NCBI GenBank assembly: GCA_963816395.1
Contig: CAWFKQ010000009.1
Span: 256,001-320,000, forward strand
Direction of reading: 5' to 3'
Origin: an uncultured delta proteobacterium
GTDB lineage: Bacteria > Desulfobacterota > Desulfuromonadia > Desulfuromonadales > JACZKF01
DNA: 64,000 nt
Numbering within the stretch: the first letter of the stretch is position 1; every line of letters starts with the position of its first letter. Below, piece by piece: positions 43,129 to 55,158 of the stretch. Both the position numbers and the translations under genes were made by a program. Below the pieces are notes generated by a model. The model was not told the origin of the DNA. It worked only from the letters and a program-made list of their open reading frames with translations, and made no database searches.

Positions 43129-44108
43129 TAGATTCGCCGCACCAGTAATTCCCGCTCCAGTCGCAATAATCCCATGAACGGCTCAATCTCCCGCAGGAAA
43201 CGCCTGCCGTCGCGATGGTAACCGCAGGTGGGACGCACTTGTGGGGCATGCTGCCGCCAGAAGTGCTGAAAGCGCAGCATAAGCAGTTCCCGGAGGTATT
43301 TGGCGGTGATCGAGGCCAGCGCCGCCGGCAGGTGAGCGCCTTCGCTCTCCACCTGGACGATGACCCGCATCGACCGTTCCCCTGCCGAGATCTCATATTC
43401 GCTGATGGCCGGTGATTCCCGCTGGATGCAGATCCGGGCCTGGGGGAAAAGGTTGGCGAGCAGGTCCAGGTAATAGATCCGTCCCCCTTGCCGGTCGACG
43501 ATCACCTGCGGCTGCTGCCGTCCGTAACGGTGCCAGATCGCCTCCAGGTGTCCGGCGAAGAAGGTCCAGGCCGCCAGGGATTTATTGCCGCAGGTGGTGA
43601 GCAGGCGATTGAAGCGATCCTCGAATGCCACGGCCGCGCTCACCTCCGCCAGGCGCACGCCGCTGCGGGCGGCGGCACGACCGAGGCGGCGGCAGGCGAG
43701 GCGCAACTGGCCGGGAGTGAGGTGAAGCGGAAGCAGCGGTCCAGCGCCTTCCGCACCGGCATAGCAGGGATGCTCGAGGCGGCGGGAAAGCTCATCGAAC
43801 GCCAGTCCCTCCAGCAGCTGCGGCAGGGCGCCCGGGCGCAGCTGCAGCTGATCGAGGAAAGGGAGTACGGCGCGCTCCAGGCCAGCCAGGCCGGCAGCGG
43901 AGGAATAGAGGAGCTTGGAGTCGTTGACGGCGATTCGCCCCCGGCTGTCGCCGGGCCGGCGGCAGACCGCCGATTGCAGCACCCGCCAAAGCGAAGGCAG
44001 GGGGAGCAGGGGGGTTCCCTCTTCCAGGATGAAGACGCAGCGGGCGACGACCAGGGGGCCGAAGATGGGCCCGAGGCCCGCTTCGTCAATGCCGGCATAG
44101 ATGAGCAT
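43128..44108 (-). CDS. RNase HII-like protein with insertions
   Basis: AGIDEAGLGP.FGPLVVA, NDSKLL, VDRQGGR, ALASITAK..RE, GY. Confidence 0.75.
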   Translation of the reverse strand: MLIYAGIDEAGLGPIFGPLVVARCVFILEEGTPLLPLPSLWRVLQSAVCRRPGDSRGRIAVNDSKLLYSSAAGLAGLERAVLPFLDQLQLRPGALPQLLEGLAFDELSRRLEHPCYAGAEGAGPLLPLHLTPGQLRLACRRLGRAAARSGVRLAEVSAAVAFEDRFNRLLTTCGNKSLAAWTFFAGHLEAIWHRYGRQQPQVIVDRQGGRIYYLDLLANLFPQARICIQRESPAISEYEISAGERSMRVIVQVESEGAHLPAALASITAKYLRELLMLRFQHFWRQHAPQVRPTCGYHRDGRRFLREIEPFMGLLRLERELLVRRI

Positions 44109-44221
44109 GCTTCCCTCGCGGCTTTTTCACTTCATTGTGGAAGAACGGCGGGGCTGCGGTCAAGGCGCGGCAGAAAAGGATCTGGGTCCGGCAGGGTTTT
44201 GGCGGCCCAGCCGGGCACGGA

Positions 44222-44311
44222 TCAGGCGTGGCGGGCGAGGGCAATGATCATGATGCAGCCGGCATAGCTGAGACAGACGATGCCGACCAGAAGATTGATG
44301 AATTTCGCCAT
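44222..44311 (-). CDS. 29-aa single-TM small protein MAKFINLLVGIVCLSYAGCIMIIALARHA
   Basis: GAGGAGG RBS 5 nt before the ATG and a consensus sigma-54 promoter upstream. Confidence 0.7.
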   Translation of the reverse strand: MAKFINLLVGIVCLSYAGCIMIIALARHA

Positions 44312-44365
44312 GAGAGCCTCCTCTGGGAACTTTTTGCTATAGATCAACTGGTTGCCCTGTCGATC

Positions 44366-44380
44366 GCAAGATCAGTGCCA
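44366..44380 (-). promoter_or_regulatory. Sigma-54 (-24/-12) promoter
   Basis: Minus strand TGGCAC-TGATC-TTGC, exact consensus spacing. Confidence 0.78.
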
Positions 44381-44529
44381 GGAAGAGGCTCGAGGGCTAA
44401 GGGGTGGAAAAGAGGAGCGGGCAGCTCGGAAACCGTCCTCTGGAAGGGAGAAAAACATCGGTGAATCGACAGGTTGTGGCAAATATTGACAGCCGGCGGG
44501 GCAAAAAGACCACACGTATCTCTGCTGGC

Positions 44530-44847
44530 TCACTCCTTTGCCTTGCCACATCGCCAGCAGGCGCCGAACTGACCTTCCAGCCGCTCACCGCAGCGGGCGC
44601 AGGACCAGGGTTCGGCCTGCTCGTCGGTGGCCCTGAACCAGCCGTCCAGGAGAATCCTGGCCCGCGGATAGACCTCATCATCGACCACCCACAGCTCGGG
44701 GTAGCATTCGATGAAAGGGATTTCCCCCAGGGCCGCTGCCAGCTGGCCGTTGCGCACCAGGCAAGCCACCCCCTCCTGCTCCAGGAGCTCTCTGAGCAAC
44801 TCGGCCTGGGGGCGGGCCCAGGGATTGAAGGTGTGCAGTTTTTTCAT
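44530..44847 (-). CDS. DUF2007-type signal-transducing protein with C-terminal zinc ribbon
   Basis: LLEQEGVAC.VRN, GEIPF.ECYPELWV, WSCARCGE...F.ACWRCG. Confidence 0.85.
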   Translation of the reverse strand: MKKLHTFNPWARPQAELLRELLEQEGVACLVRNGQLAAALGEIPFIECYPELWVVDDEVYPRARILLDGWFRATDEQAEPWSCARCGERLEGQFGACWRCGKAKE

Positions 44848-44915
44848 AAGAGCAGGCTTTTTAAACCTCGGCTGAATGCCTCTTTATTATAGCCTTTTCC
44901 TCGCCATTTACCTGT

Positions 44916-46037
44916 TTACCCGCCGAGCACGCGGACGATCTCCTCCCCCAGGACCTGCCGCTGCCAGTTTTTCATTCCCGGTATTTCCGCCAGCAGCGCC
45001 GCCTGCCGCGGGGCTCGGCGCGCAATATCCTCCAGGGTGGCATTGTTGATAACGATTCCGGGATCGATCTCCAGTTCGGCGGCCTTGTCCCGGCGCCACT
45101 CCTTGAGAGTGGTCAGGCGCTTGTCGGCCTCCGGATCCCGCAGCCGGCGCTCGCCGCGGGGGAAGAGCGGAAGGTCCCGATCGGGCAGGGCCAGGGCGGT
45201 ATCGAGACAGGTCAACAGATCGCGGCCGTAGCGGTCGGCCAGACGGGGGGAAATCCCCTCGATGCCGACCAGCCCCTGGAGGGTGCGCGGCTGGGTGCGG
45301 GTCAGTTCCATGAGCGGTCTGCTCCCCATGACCTTGAACGGCGGAAAGTCGCGTCGCCGGGCCTCCCGGTCGCGCCACTGCAGCAGTTCCTCCAGAACCG
45401 CGAGTTGCCGGCGGTCGAGAGCGGCCGCCCCCTTGAAGCGCAGAAAGAGCGGTCCCTCCTGCCCCTGGAATCGAGCCCCTTCAAGCAGGGCGAACTCCTC
45501 GGCCACCCAGGCCAGCCGCTCCTTCTCCGCCAGCCTCTTCTCCAGCAGCTCCGCCAGACGATGCAGGTGCCGGGTGTCCTCGGCGGCATAGCGGATCATC
45601 CCCTCAGTGAGGGGGCGAAGCGCCCAGTCCGCCCGCTGGTACTGCTTGTCCAGCTCTACTCCGAAATACTTGTTCAGCATATCCGCCAGCCCGATTTTCT
45701 CCTCGCCGAGGAACTGGGAGCTGATCATGGTGTCGAACAGGCCGCGGATTTCGATGCCGAAATCCCGGTTCAGGCAGCGGATGTCGTAATCGGCGGCGTG
45801 AAAGATCTTGCGGATGGCGGCATCGGCCAGCACCGGCTGCAAGGCAGCGAGATCGGGACCGGCCAGGGGATCGACGAGCCAGGTGCGCTCCGGGGTGGAG
45901 AACTGCAGCAGGCAGACCTTCTCCTTGTAGCAGTGCATGGAGTCGGCCTCGAGGTCGACGGCAATGGCCGTCTGCCGGCCGAGTTCGGCCGCCAGCTGCT
46001 CGATTTCGCGGGTGGTAGTAAGGATGGGTACGGGCAT
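44916..46037 (-). CDS. rnd: Ribonuclease D
   Basis: AVDLEADS, FHAADYD, DT, DW..RPL, YAAED, two HRDC domains. Confidence 0.93.
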   Translation of the reverse strand: MPVPILTTTREIEQLAAELGRQTAIAVDLEADSMHCYKEKVCLLQFSTPERTWLVDPLAGPDLAALQPVLADAAIRKIFHAADYDIRCLNRDFGIEIRGLFDTMISSQFLGEEKIGLADMLNKYFGVELDKQYQRADWALRPLTEGMIRYAAEDTRHLHRLAELLEKRLAEKERLAWVAEEFALLEGARFQGQEGPLFLRFKGAAALDRRQLAVLEELLQWRDREARRRDFPPFKVMGSRPLMELTRTQPRTLQGLVGIEGISPRLADRYGRDLLTCLDTALALPDRDLPLFPRGERRLRDPEADKRLTTLKEWRRDKAAELEIDPGIVINNATLEDIARRAPRQAALLAEIPGMKNWQRQVLGEEIVRVLGG

Positions 46038-46056
46038 TTCAACTCCGATTGATAAA

Positions 46057-46091
46057 CAGGCATCAGGTAAAGGGTCTCAGGTATCAGGTTC
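46057..46091. repeat. Heptanucleotide tandem repeat (one arm) at the mutY/rnd junction
   Basis: CAGGCAT CAGGTAA AGGGTCT CAGGTAT CAGGTTC. Confidence 0.55.
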
Positions 46092-47195
46092 CCTAGGTCT
46101 TCTGCTGGATTCCGTCAACAGCGGCAGAGCCTTCTTGTGTGCCCCGTGCAGGGGCCAGTCGGCGAGTTCCGCGGGCGTGAGCCAGCGGCTCTCTTCCCCT
46201 TCCGCCACCTGCAGAGAGCGGCCGGCGGCGGCGCGGAAAAGGTGCAGATCGAGACGGAAGTGACTATAGGCATGGGTGACACCGCCGGCCGCTTCGGCCG
46301 GGCCGGCAGCGCCGAATTCGCCGAGCTGGGCGGCGGCCGCTTCGGCCGGCGTTTCGCCGACGGGAACCTCGCCGCCGGGGAATTCCCACAGGCCGCCGAG
46401 CATCCCGCAAAGGGGGCGCCGGCGCACCAGGAAACGGCCGTCGCGAGTCAGCAGCAGGGCCACCCGGGTGACCGTCGGCACCGCCTTTTTTTCTCTTTTC
46501 TGCGGCAGATCGTTCTGCCGGCCAAGGGCCCGGGCGCGGCAGAGCGCCTCCAGGGGGCAGCGTTCGCAGGCGGGGCGGCGAGGGGTGCAGACGGTTGCCC
46601 CCAGGTCCATGATCGCCTGCGTGTAATCGTGCGGCCGGTCAGCCGGGGTGAGCGCCTCGGCCCAGCCCCACAGCTGCCTTTCGGCGGCCGGTCGGCGGGG
46701 ATTCTCCTCCAGGGCAAACAGGCGCGCGAGGACCCGGCGTACATTGCCGTCGAGAATCGGCGCCGGGCGGTCGAAGGCGATGGCGAGGATCGCCCCGGCG
46801 GTGCTCCGGCCGATGCCGGGCAGTTCGGTGAGCGCCTGCAGATCGGCGGGAAAAGCGCCGCCGTGCCGCTCCACCACCCGCCGGGCCGCCGCGTGCAGGT
46901 TCTGCGCCCGGGAATAGTAGCCGAGCCCGGCCCACAGGGCGATCACCTCTTCCACCGGCGCTGCCGCCAGGGCGGCCACCTCCGGGAAGCGGGCGAGGAA
47001 CCGGTCATAATAGGGGATCACCGCCGCCACCCCGGTCTGCTGCAGCATGATCTCCGAGAGCCAGATGCGGTAGGGGTCGCGCGTGCGCCGCCAGGGCAGG
47101 TCGCGTCCCGCCCGGCCGTACCAGGCCAGCAGGCGGGCGGAGATTTCGCCGGGATCGAAGGGAATGGGGTTGTTCAAGCCAGTTTCTCCGGGCAT
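46077..47195 (-). CDS. mutY: A/G-specific adenine glycosylase
   Basis: RDLPWR, SEIMLQQT, WAGLGYYSRA, LPGIG, DGNVRRV, CTPRRPAC.RCP; start uncertain. Confidence 0.97.
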   Translation of the reverse strand: MPGETGLNNPIPFDPGEISARLLAWYGRAGRDLPWRRTRDPYRIWLSEIMLQQTGVAAVIPYYDRFLARFPEVAALAAAPVEEVIALWAGLGYYSRAQNLHAAARRVVERHGGAFPADLQALTELPGIGRSTAGAILAIAFDRPAPILDGNVRRVLARLFALEENPRRPAAERQLWGWAEALTPADRPHDYTQAIMDLGATVCTPRRPACERCPLEALCRARALGRQNDLPQKREKKAVPTVTRVALLLTRDGRFLVRRRPLCGMLGGLWEFPGGEVPVGETPAEAAAAQLGEFGAAGPAEAAGGVTHAYSHFRLDLHLFRAAAGRSLQVAEGEESRWLTPAELADWPLHGAHKKALPLLTESSRRPREPDT

Positions 47196-47473
47196 GAATG
47201 TCCAGGCTGCCATGCCCGGAATCCTGAGGAAGATGGCGTATCCGGAAGATATCCGTTGAGCGGCAAAGGGGGCAACGCTGCAGGGGTTTGCCAGCAGGGC
47301 TGTTCCAGGGATGACATCCTAGCCGATTGCGGCGTCTACCGCAAGCGACTCGGCGGCGGCAAGGGTGTGCGTATCGGCTGCCGGAGCGGAAATCCCGACT
47401 TGCGCCTTGAAGTTGTTCATGAATGCGGCTATGTTTTTGGACAGTCGATAATTCTCACCGGCAAGGAGAACCC

Positions 47474-49130
<1,657 letters not shown>

Positions 49131-49132
49131 AC

Positions 49133-49395
49133 CGCGGGGCTGCGCCCCTGCACCCGGCTTAGGTCGCGGGCGCTGCGCCCCGCACCCCGCGTTCCTTTCT
49201 TTTTAACGCCGAAAAGAAAGGAACCGAAAGAAAGCGACGCCCCTGCCGGGGAGGACTCCTGTCGCGAGAGACTAGGCCTCATGCCGCAGTCGGCGCTGGG
49301 AACGCGTGCCGTGCTGCGTGGCGAGGAAATTAAAATCCTTCTGTATTTACGGGAGCTTCCAATTGCGATTTGTAGGGGCGCAGCGTGCTGCGCCC
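49133..49395. repeat. Cluster of REP-like palindromes between convergent pgi and hisC
   Basis: Two GGGGCTGCGCCCC-GCACCC units (49133-49190), GTTCCTTTCTTTT/AAAAGAAAGGAAC hairpin (49191-49224), GTAGGGGCGCAGCGTGCTGCGCCC (49372-49395). Confidence 0.7.
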
Positions 49396-49431
49396 TTTTG
49401 TTTGAGGCGGCTGCTGCCCCCGCACTCTGCC

Positions 49432-50475
49432 TCAGCCGATCTCGGCCAGCGCCGCCAGCGTCTTCTCCATCTCCTGCCGGGTGCCGATGGTAATGCGCAT
49501 TCCGTGGGCGAGGAGGGGGTCGGAGAAGTGGCGCACCAGGATCTTGCGTGCGTAGAGAGCCTCATACACGCGCCGGCCGTTGCCGTCCGCCGGGGAGGCG
49601 AAAACGAAGTTGGTCTGCGAGTCGATGACCCGGTAGCCGAGCCGCCGCAGTTCGGCGGTGAACCAGGCGCGGGTGGCGCGGATGCGGCCGACGGTCTCGG
49701 CGAGGTGGTCCTGGTCGCGCAGGGCGGCGCTCGCCGCCGCCAGGGCCAGGCGGTCGAGATGGTAATGGTCGCGGATCTTGTCCAGGGCGGCGATCACTTG
49801 CGGCCGGGCGATCGCCAGCCCCAGGCGCATCCCCGCCAGGGAATAGCTCTTGGAAAAGGTGCGGGTGACGATGACGTTGTCATATTTGCGGACCAGCTCC
49901 AGGGCGTTGTCTCCGGCGAAGTCGACGTAGGCCTCGTCGACCACCAGCGCCCCGGCGCAGCGGGTCGCCATCTCCTCGATATAGGCGAGGGGGAAGGCGA
50001 AGCCCAGCGGCGCGTTGGGGCTGGTGAGAAAGAAGATCTTCCCTTCGTAGCGCGCCGGAAAATCTTTGATGCGGAAATCCTCCGTCAGCCCGAAGGTGCG
50101 GATCTTCGCCCCCTGGATCTCGGCCAGAGTCGCATAGTAGGAGTAGGAGGGATGCACATAGCCGACCTCTTCCCCTTCCCCGGCGAAGGCGCGGATCAGG
50201 TTGTTGAGCAGCTCGTCGGAGCCGTTGGCGCTGATCACCCAGGAAGGGTCGAAGCCGTAGAGCTCGCCAGCGACCTGCCGCATCTCCCGGCTCGCGGCGT
50301 CCGGATACTTGCGCAGGTTTCCCCCATCGGCACCCACTTCGGCGAGAATCGCCTCGCGCACCTTCGGCGAGGGGGGATAGGGGTTTTCGTTGGTGTTCAG
50401 CTTGATCCAGGCCGCCTCGTCGGCAGGCTGGAAGCCGGGGACGTAGCCGGCCATCTCGGCGATGTTGCGGCGCAT
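49432..50475 (-). CDS. hisC: Histidinol-phosphate aminotransferase
   Basis: [33 protein letters not shown]. Confidence 0.96.
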   Translation of the reverse strand: MRRNIAEMAGYVPGFQPADEAAWIKLNTNENPYPPSPKVREAILAEVGADGGNLRKYPDAASREMRQVAGELYGFDPSWVISANGSDELLNNLIRAFAGEGEEVGYVHPSYSYYATLAEIQGAKIRTFGLTEDFRIKDFPARYEGKIFFLTSPNAPLGFAFPLAYIEEMATRCAGALVVDEAYVDFAGDNALELVRKYDNVIVTRTFSKSYSLAGMRLGLAIARPQVIAALDKIRDHYHLDRLALAAASAALRDQDHLAETVGRIRATRAWFTAELRRLGYRVIDSQTNFVFASPADGNGRRVYEALYARKILVRHFSDPLLAHGMRITIGTRQEMEKTLAALAEIG

Positions 50476-50486
50476 AAAAACTCCAG

Positions 50487-50556
50487 GTGAAGTAGCGAGG
50501 TCGTGAGGTACTGAGATAGCAATGGCTTTTCTACCTCACTATCTCACGTACCTCAC
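50487..50556. repeat. Inverted octanucleotide tandem repeat between mqnC and hisC
   Basis: GTGAAGTA GCGAGGTC GTGAGGTA CTGAGATA facing TACCTCAC TATCTCAC G TACCTCAC. Confidence 0.8.
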
Positions 50557-50561
50557 TGATT

Positions 50562-51631
50562 TCAATAGGTTTCCAAAATCTCGTACATCGTCGTCCGCCG
50601 GGCGGGGGTGAACCCCGCGCCGCGGGCGAGCTCGATGATCTCCTCGATGGACAGGCGGAAGGAGCAGCCGGCCGCGGCGACGACGTTCTCCTCGAGCATG
50701 GTGCCGCCGAGGTCGTTGGCGCCGAAGAAGAGGGCGACCTGCGCCATCATCGCCCCCTGGGTCACCCAGCTCGCCTGGATGTTCTCCACGTTGTCGAGGA
50801 CCAGGCGGGCGAGGGCGAGCACCTTGAGGTACTCGACGCCGGTGGCCGTCTCCCCGCCCAGCTCGGTATTGGCCGGCTGGAAGGTCCAGGGGATGAAGGC
50901 GGTGAAGCCGCCGGTGCGCGCCTGGATCTCGCGCACCCGGAAGAGGTGCTCGACGATATCCTCCGGTCTCTCCCTCGAGCCGAACATCATCGTCGCCGTG
51001 GTGCGCATCCCCAGCCGGTGCGCCTCCTCCATGACCGCCGCCCACTCGCGCCAGCCGATCTTGTTCGGCGAGATCTCCTTGCGCACCGCATCCACCAGCA
51101 CCTCGGCGCCGCCGCCGGGCACCGAATCGAGCCCCGCCGCCTGCAGCCGGCGCAGGCACTCGGGCATGGCGAGGCTCCGAGAGCCTGGCGATGTGGATGA
51201 CCTCGGCCGGCGAGAGGGAGTGGACCTGCACCGCCGGGAAGCGCCGCTTGAGCTCGCGGAAGAGCGCCTCGAACCAGTCGATGCTGCAGGTCCGGGTGCA
51301 GCCCCCCCTGCATCAGCAGCTGGGTGCCGCCGCGCTCCACCAGCTCCTCCACCTTGCGGAAGATCGTCTCGTAGGGCAGCACGTAGGCGTCACTCGCCTC
51401 CGCCGTGCGGTAGAAAGCGCAGAACTTACATTGCGACTGGCAGATGTTGGTGTAGTTGACGTTGCGGTCGATGACGAAGGTCGCCCGGTTGTGCGGGTGC
51501 TTTCGCCGGCGGACGGCGTCGGCCAGCTTGCCCACGGCCAGCAGGTCGGCCTCGGTCAGCAGGAAGAGGGCCTGTTCGCGGTCGATGACCTGCCCAGCCT
51601 CGATATTATTGTGAATTTCCGAAAGCATCAT
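50562..51631 (-). CDS. mqnC: Cyclic dehypoxanthinyl futalosine synthase (frameshifts ~51290 and ~51175)
   Basis: DRNVNYTNICQSQCKFCAFYR, QGGLHP, TATMMFG, NIQASWVTQG, GANDLG.TMLEENVV. Confidence 0.92.
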
Positions 51632-54325
51632 CACTGATAGGCCTTGAATCCTTCGAGAATCTGGCGGAAATTCTTCGGTGCGTACTTTTTGAAGCCTTCC
51701 ATCGTCTACATAGGCAGAATGCGTACTTCACTGCCGATTGCAAGGCATTGAGATCCTCGCACCATTGGCGCAGCCGGGCCATTTTCCGGGGGACATTCTC
51801 ATCCACCTGTCCTTTGGTTTCGACGACCACGATTCGGCCATCGGTCCAGCTTCACCAGAAAATCAGGGTAGTAATTGGAGATGTCGCCGTCGGCCTTGAC
51901 ATAGTCCAGTTTGAAATGTACCGCAAGGTAGTTTTTGGCGTAGGACACGACGTCGCTGCAATCCTCCAGAAAACTGGCGAAGCGAAGCTCGAAAGGGCTG
52001 TCGCCGATAACGCGGTTGAAGACGCTCTTCTTCGCCATCAGATAGCCCTGGTCTTTGCACGACAAAGGGGCGGGTCTGGCGCAGCTTGATGGTATCGCGG
52101 ATCTCCGCGTCCCCCTTGGCACGCACAGTCAGCTCGTTGATTGCCTTCTTGAAGGATTCGATAACGTGTTTTCGTGGCGGCCAGTTCCGAGAGATTGCGC
52201 AGGGTATTTGGGTCAACTCGAGATCGACCGTTCGATCCGAACAGCGCATCCCGCACGAACGTCTTGATCTTGCCGTACAGCACATCGTAACCGCTGACCA
52301 GTCGTAATTCCTTCATGATCGTCTGGGCAAAATAGCCGATAACGCTGCGGTAGTCGGCCACCCCCGCACTGTCCAGAATCGTAGTGTGGGTGATATCGCC
52401 GGTGGTGATGTCCTTGAACACGATTTCGCGCTGCTCCTCCTCGCTGAACTGCCGGTAGAGCAGCGCCTGGTGAAAGGCATCGCTCCGGTGTCCAGATCGG
52501 CGAGATTTTTGTACTCGCGATAGATGCGCGGCGAAAGGACCGGGATGGCGATATCCAGCTTGTCGAGATCCTTCTTGTCATTGTCGATATCGACCTCGAT
52601 CACCAGCGGCGTCTTTGCCTCGGTTCCCTGGCCCATCGCCTTGCGCTCCAGCTCGACCCCCTCGGCCTGGATCGACTCGACGAACTCCATGAAGGCGTCG
52701 GTGCCAACCACGCTGACGTATTCCTCGACGTCGCCGGGATACATCTTGCGCAGCCCCCGCCCCAGGGTCTGCTCGGGGAGAATGTTGCTCTTGGCAGCGT
52801 AGGCACGCAGACCGACGATGGTCGTCACGTTGCGCACGTCCCAGCCTTCCTTGAGCATCAAAACCGAGACGATCGCCTTGTAGGGGCTTTCCATCGAATC
52901 GATGTCGTTGGCCTGCTTGCGCAGCTTTTCCAGCTCTTCCTTGGCTTTACCCGAGGCCGCCTCGGAAATCTCGCCGTTGTTCTTGGTGTGAATCACCAGC
53001 ACAGTGTCCTTGCAGAGTCCGGGATAATTGCCGCGTAGATACTCAGCCACATCGTCGCAGTTGCGGGTGTCATCGGTCATGATGAAGAGGATGGCCTTCT
53101 TGCCGAGCTTCTCGATGCTCGTCGTAGGCCTTGCGCCACTCGATCACTCCCAGGTCAAGATAATCGGCGTACTTTTCGGTGTACTTGGCGCTCTGCCGTT
53201 CCTGGAGCTTGGCGCGGCTGGCGGCATCGGGAAGAACCGGATGCTTGACCACATTCTGCCAGATCGCTTCGACCAGCGGGTAGTCGGTCACGGTCTGCAC
53301 GAAGATGGCGCCATTGTTGTGCTTCGGCGTCGCCGTCACGTCAAGTTGCAGGGAGAGGGCATCCCCCTTCTGCAACAGCCGATTGTGGATGTCCTGAATC
53401 GACTGGAACCAGGCCAGCTTCGCGTCGTGGATGTGGTGCGCCTCGTCGTTGAGGACCATCAGCTCGTCGATGTCGCGCACGATCATCCCAAGATCGACCT
53501 TGGAATCGGTGGTCGCGCCGCTCGGCCGCTTGCCGAGGAAGTAATCCATCGTGTTTTCGTCGTCCGGCGATGGCGGGATCTCCTCACCGGAATAGACACG
53601 GTGGATGTTGGTCAGGAAGATGTTGCCGACCGGACGTGTCACCCGCACCTCGTCCTGGATGTGCAGGGTGAGCTGGAAATCGTCCCGCCAGTTGCGGCCA
53701 TCGAAGCCGTTGTCGGGAATCACCGGATCTTCGAAGAAGATGCGCAGCCCCTGGAAGTCTTTATAGATCCGGTCGAGCACGATGATGTTGGGGGCAATCA
53801 CCAGGAAGTTGCGCGACAGCAGTTGAATCCGGCTCGTAGAGCTTGTGGATAAAAACTCCACGCCAGCGCCAGGCTTAGCACCTTGGTCTTGCCGCTGCCT
53901 GTGGCCATTTTCACCACGTAGCGCCGCCAGCTCTCGTCGAACATCCTGGCCGAAACCGCGCCGCTGCCGTCAAAGCGCATCAGATCGAACTTGTCTTTGG
54001 CCCCGACCACATCGTAGAGATAGACGATCGTCTCCAACGCCTCGCGCTGGGCGAAGAAGTAGCGGAACTCGGCGGTCGTGCCGTCGAACCGCTCCTGCAG
54101 GTGCGGCTCCTTGAACCACCAGTTCAGCAGGCTCTTGCTGGTCTCGGTCGCACCAACATAGCCGCCGTCGCGAAACTCCTTGACCTTGCGCCGCAGCTGC
54201 GACACCAGCGGCGGCATGAGCTTGTCCATGCCGGTTTCGCGCAGCGCCTCGTCGGCCGGGAACCAGCGGACCTCGGGATTGAGAATCGCGTAGGGCGAAT
54301 CGGGGAAGTCAGGATGAAGCGCCAT
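51631..54325 (-). CDS. res: Type III restriction enzyme Res subunit (many single-base frameshifts)
   Basis: Fragments join to give KMATGSGKT, DEAHH, TATP, MLKEGWDV helicase motifs and a YYPDFLVK...VETKG PD-(D/E)xK nuclease. Confidence 0.88.
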
Positions 54326-55146
54326 TACTTCTTCTCTCCTAGCTTTTTCACGCCGAGATCTTTGGTCAGCAGTCGCATTTGACTGATGGCGATGTCGTTG
54401 AGTTTTTTCAGCCGCTCCGCTTGCGGCAACCCTTCGTGAATGAAGAGTGCATTCAGATTCTCCAGGTTGGAAAGGCAGATAAGCTGGGCGACATTCACTT
54501 CATCGCGGACATTCCCCTTCTCCCCCGGATTCGCATCACGCCATTGTTTTGCCGTCATGCCGAACAGCGCCATGTTCAGCACATCGGCCTCGGCGGCATA
54601 AACCAAGCTTATCTGCTTCGGGGTCAGTGTTGGAGGGATCAGGTTTTCTTTGACCGCATCGGTGTGGATGCGATAGTTGATCTTCGCCAGATTGCGCTTG
54701 ATATCCCACCCGAGCTGCGCCTGTTCCGACTCTTTGAGCCGTTGAAACTCCTTGATGAGATAGAGTTTGAACTCAACGGAAATCCACGAAGCGAACTCGA
54801 AAGCAATGTCCTTGTGCGCGTATGTTCCGCCATAACGCCCCGATTTCGATAGGATGCCGATGGCGTTGGTGGCTTCTATCCACTGTTTCGGCGTCAGGAC
54901 AAAACTGTTGAGACCCGCCCTGTTTCTAAACCCCTCGAATTCGAGGGGTTTAAATACCGGGTTGTTCAGGTGTTCCCAGATGCCCAGAAATTCGACCGTA
55001 TTCCGATTTCGAATCCAGTTCTGGATGACGTGGTCGGTCCGCTCCGGCTCTTTGTGACGCGCAATGTCGGTCAGCGAAATATAGTCGCTTGCCTCTCCGC
55101 CCAGCACCCTGACTTCACTCCCCTTCACATCGAGTTTCCTGTTCAT
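54325..55146 (-). CDS. KilA-N domain DNA-binding protein
   Basis: DYISLTDIA, NWIRNRNTVEFLG.WE, GRYGGTYAHKDIAFEFASWIS; intact ORF with GAGGGGGAG RBS. Confidence 0.92.
   Translation of the reverse strand: MNRKLDVKGSEVRVLGGEASDYISLTDIARHKEPERTDHVIQNWIRNRNTVEFLGIWEHLNNPVFKPLEFEGFRNRAGLNSFVLTPKQWIEATNAIGILSKSGRYGGTYAHKDIAFEFASWISVEFKLYLIKEFQRLKESEQAQLGWDIKRNLAKINYRIHTDAVKENLIPPTLTPKQISLVYAAEADVLNMALFGMTAKQWRDANPGEKGNVRDEVNVAQLICLSNLENLNALFIHEGLPQAERLKKLNDIAISQMRLLTKDLGVKKLGEKK
54926..54954. repeat. Intragenic perfect 26-bp palindrome in the KilA-N gene
   Basis: C-TAAACCCCTCGAATTCGAGGGGTTTA-AA, encodes FKPLEFEGFR. Confidence 0.92.
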
Positions 55147-55158
55147 GGCTCCCCCTCA

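Noticed and set aside
47260..47310. c-di-GMP-I (GEMM) riboswitch suggested by GGCAAACC on the minus strand
   Set aside because: No GNRA-capped P2 stem or GACGCAAAGC segment follows.
50487..50556. CRISPR array or iterons at the short-repeat loci
   Set aside because: Units are 7-8 bp, contiguous and without spacers; no cas or rep genes in the window.
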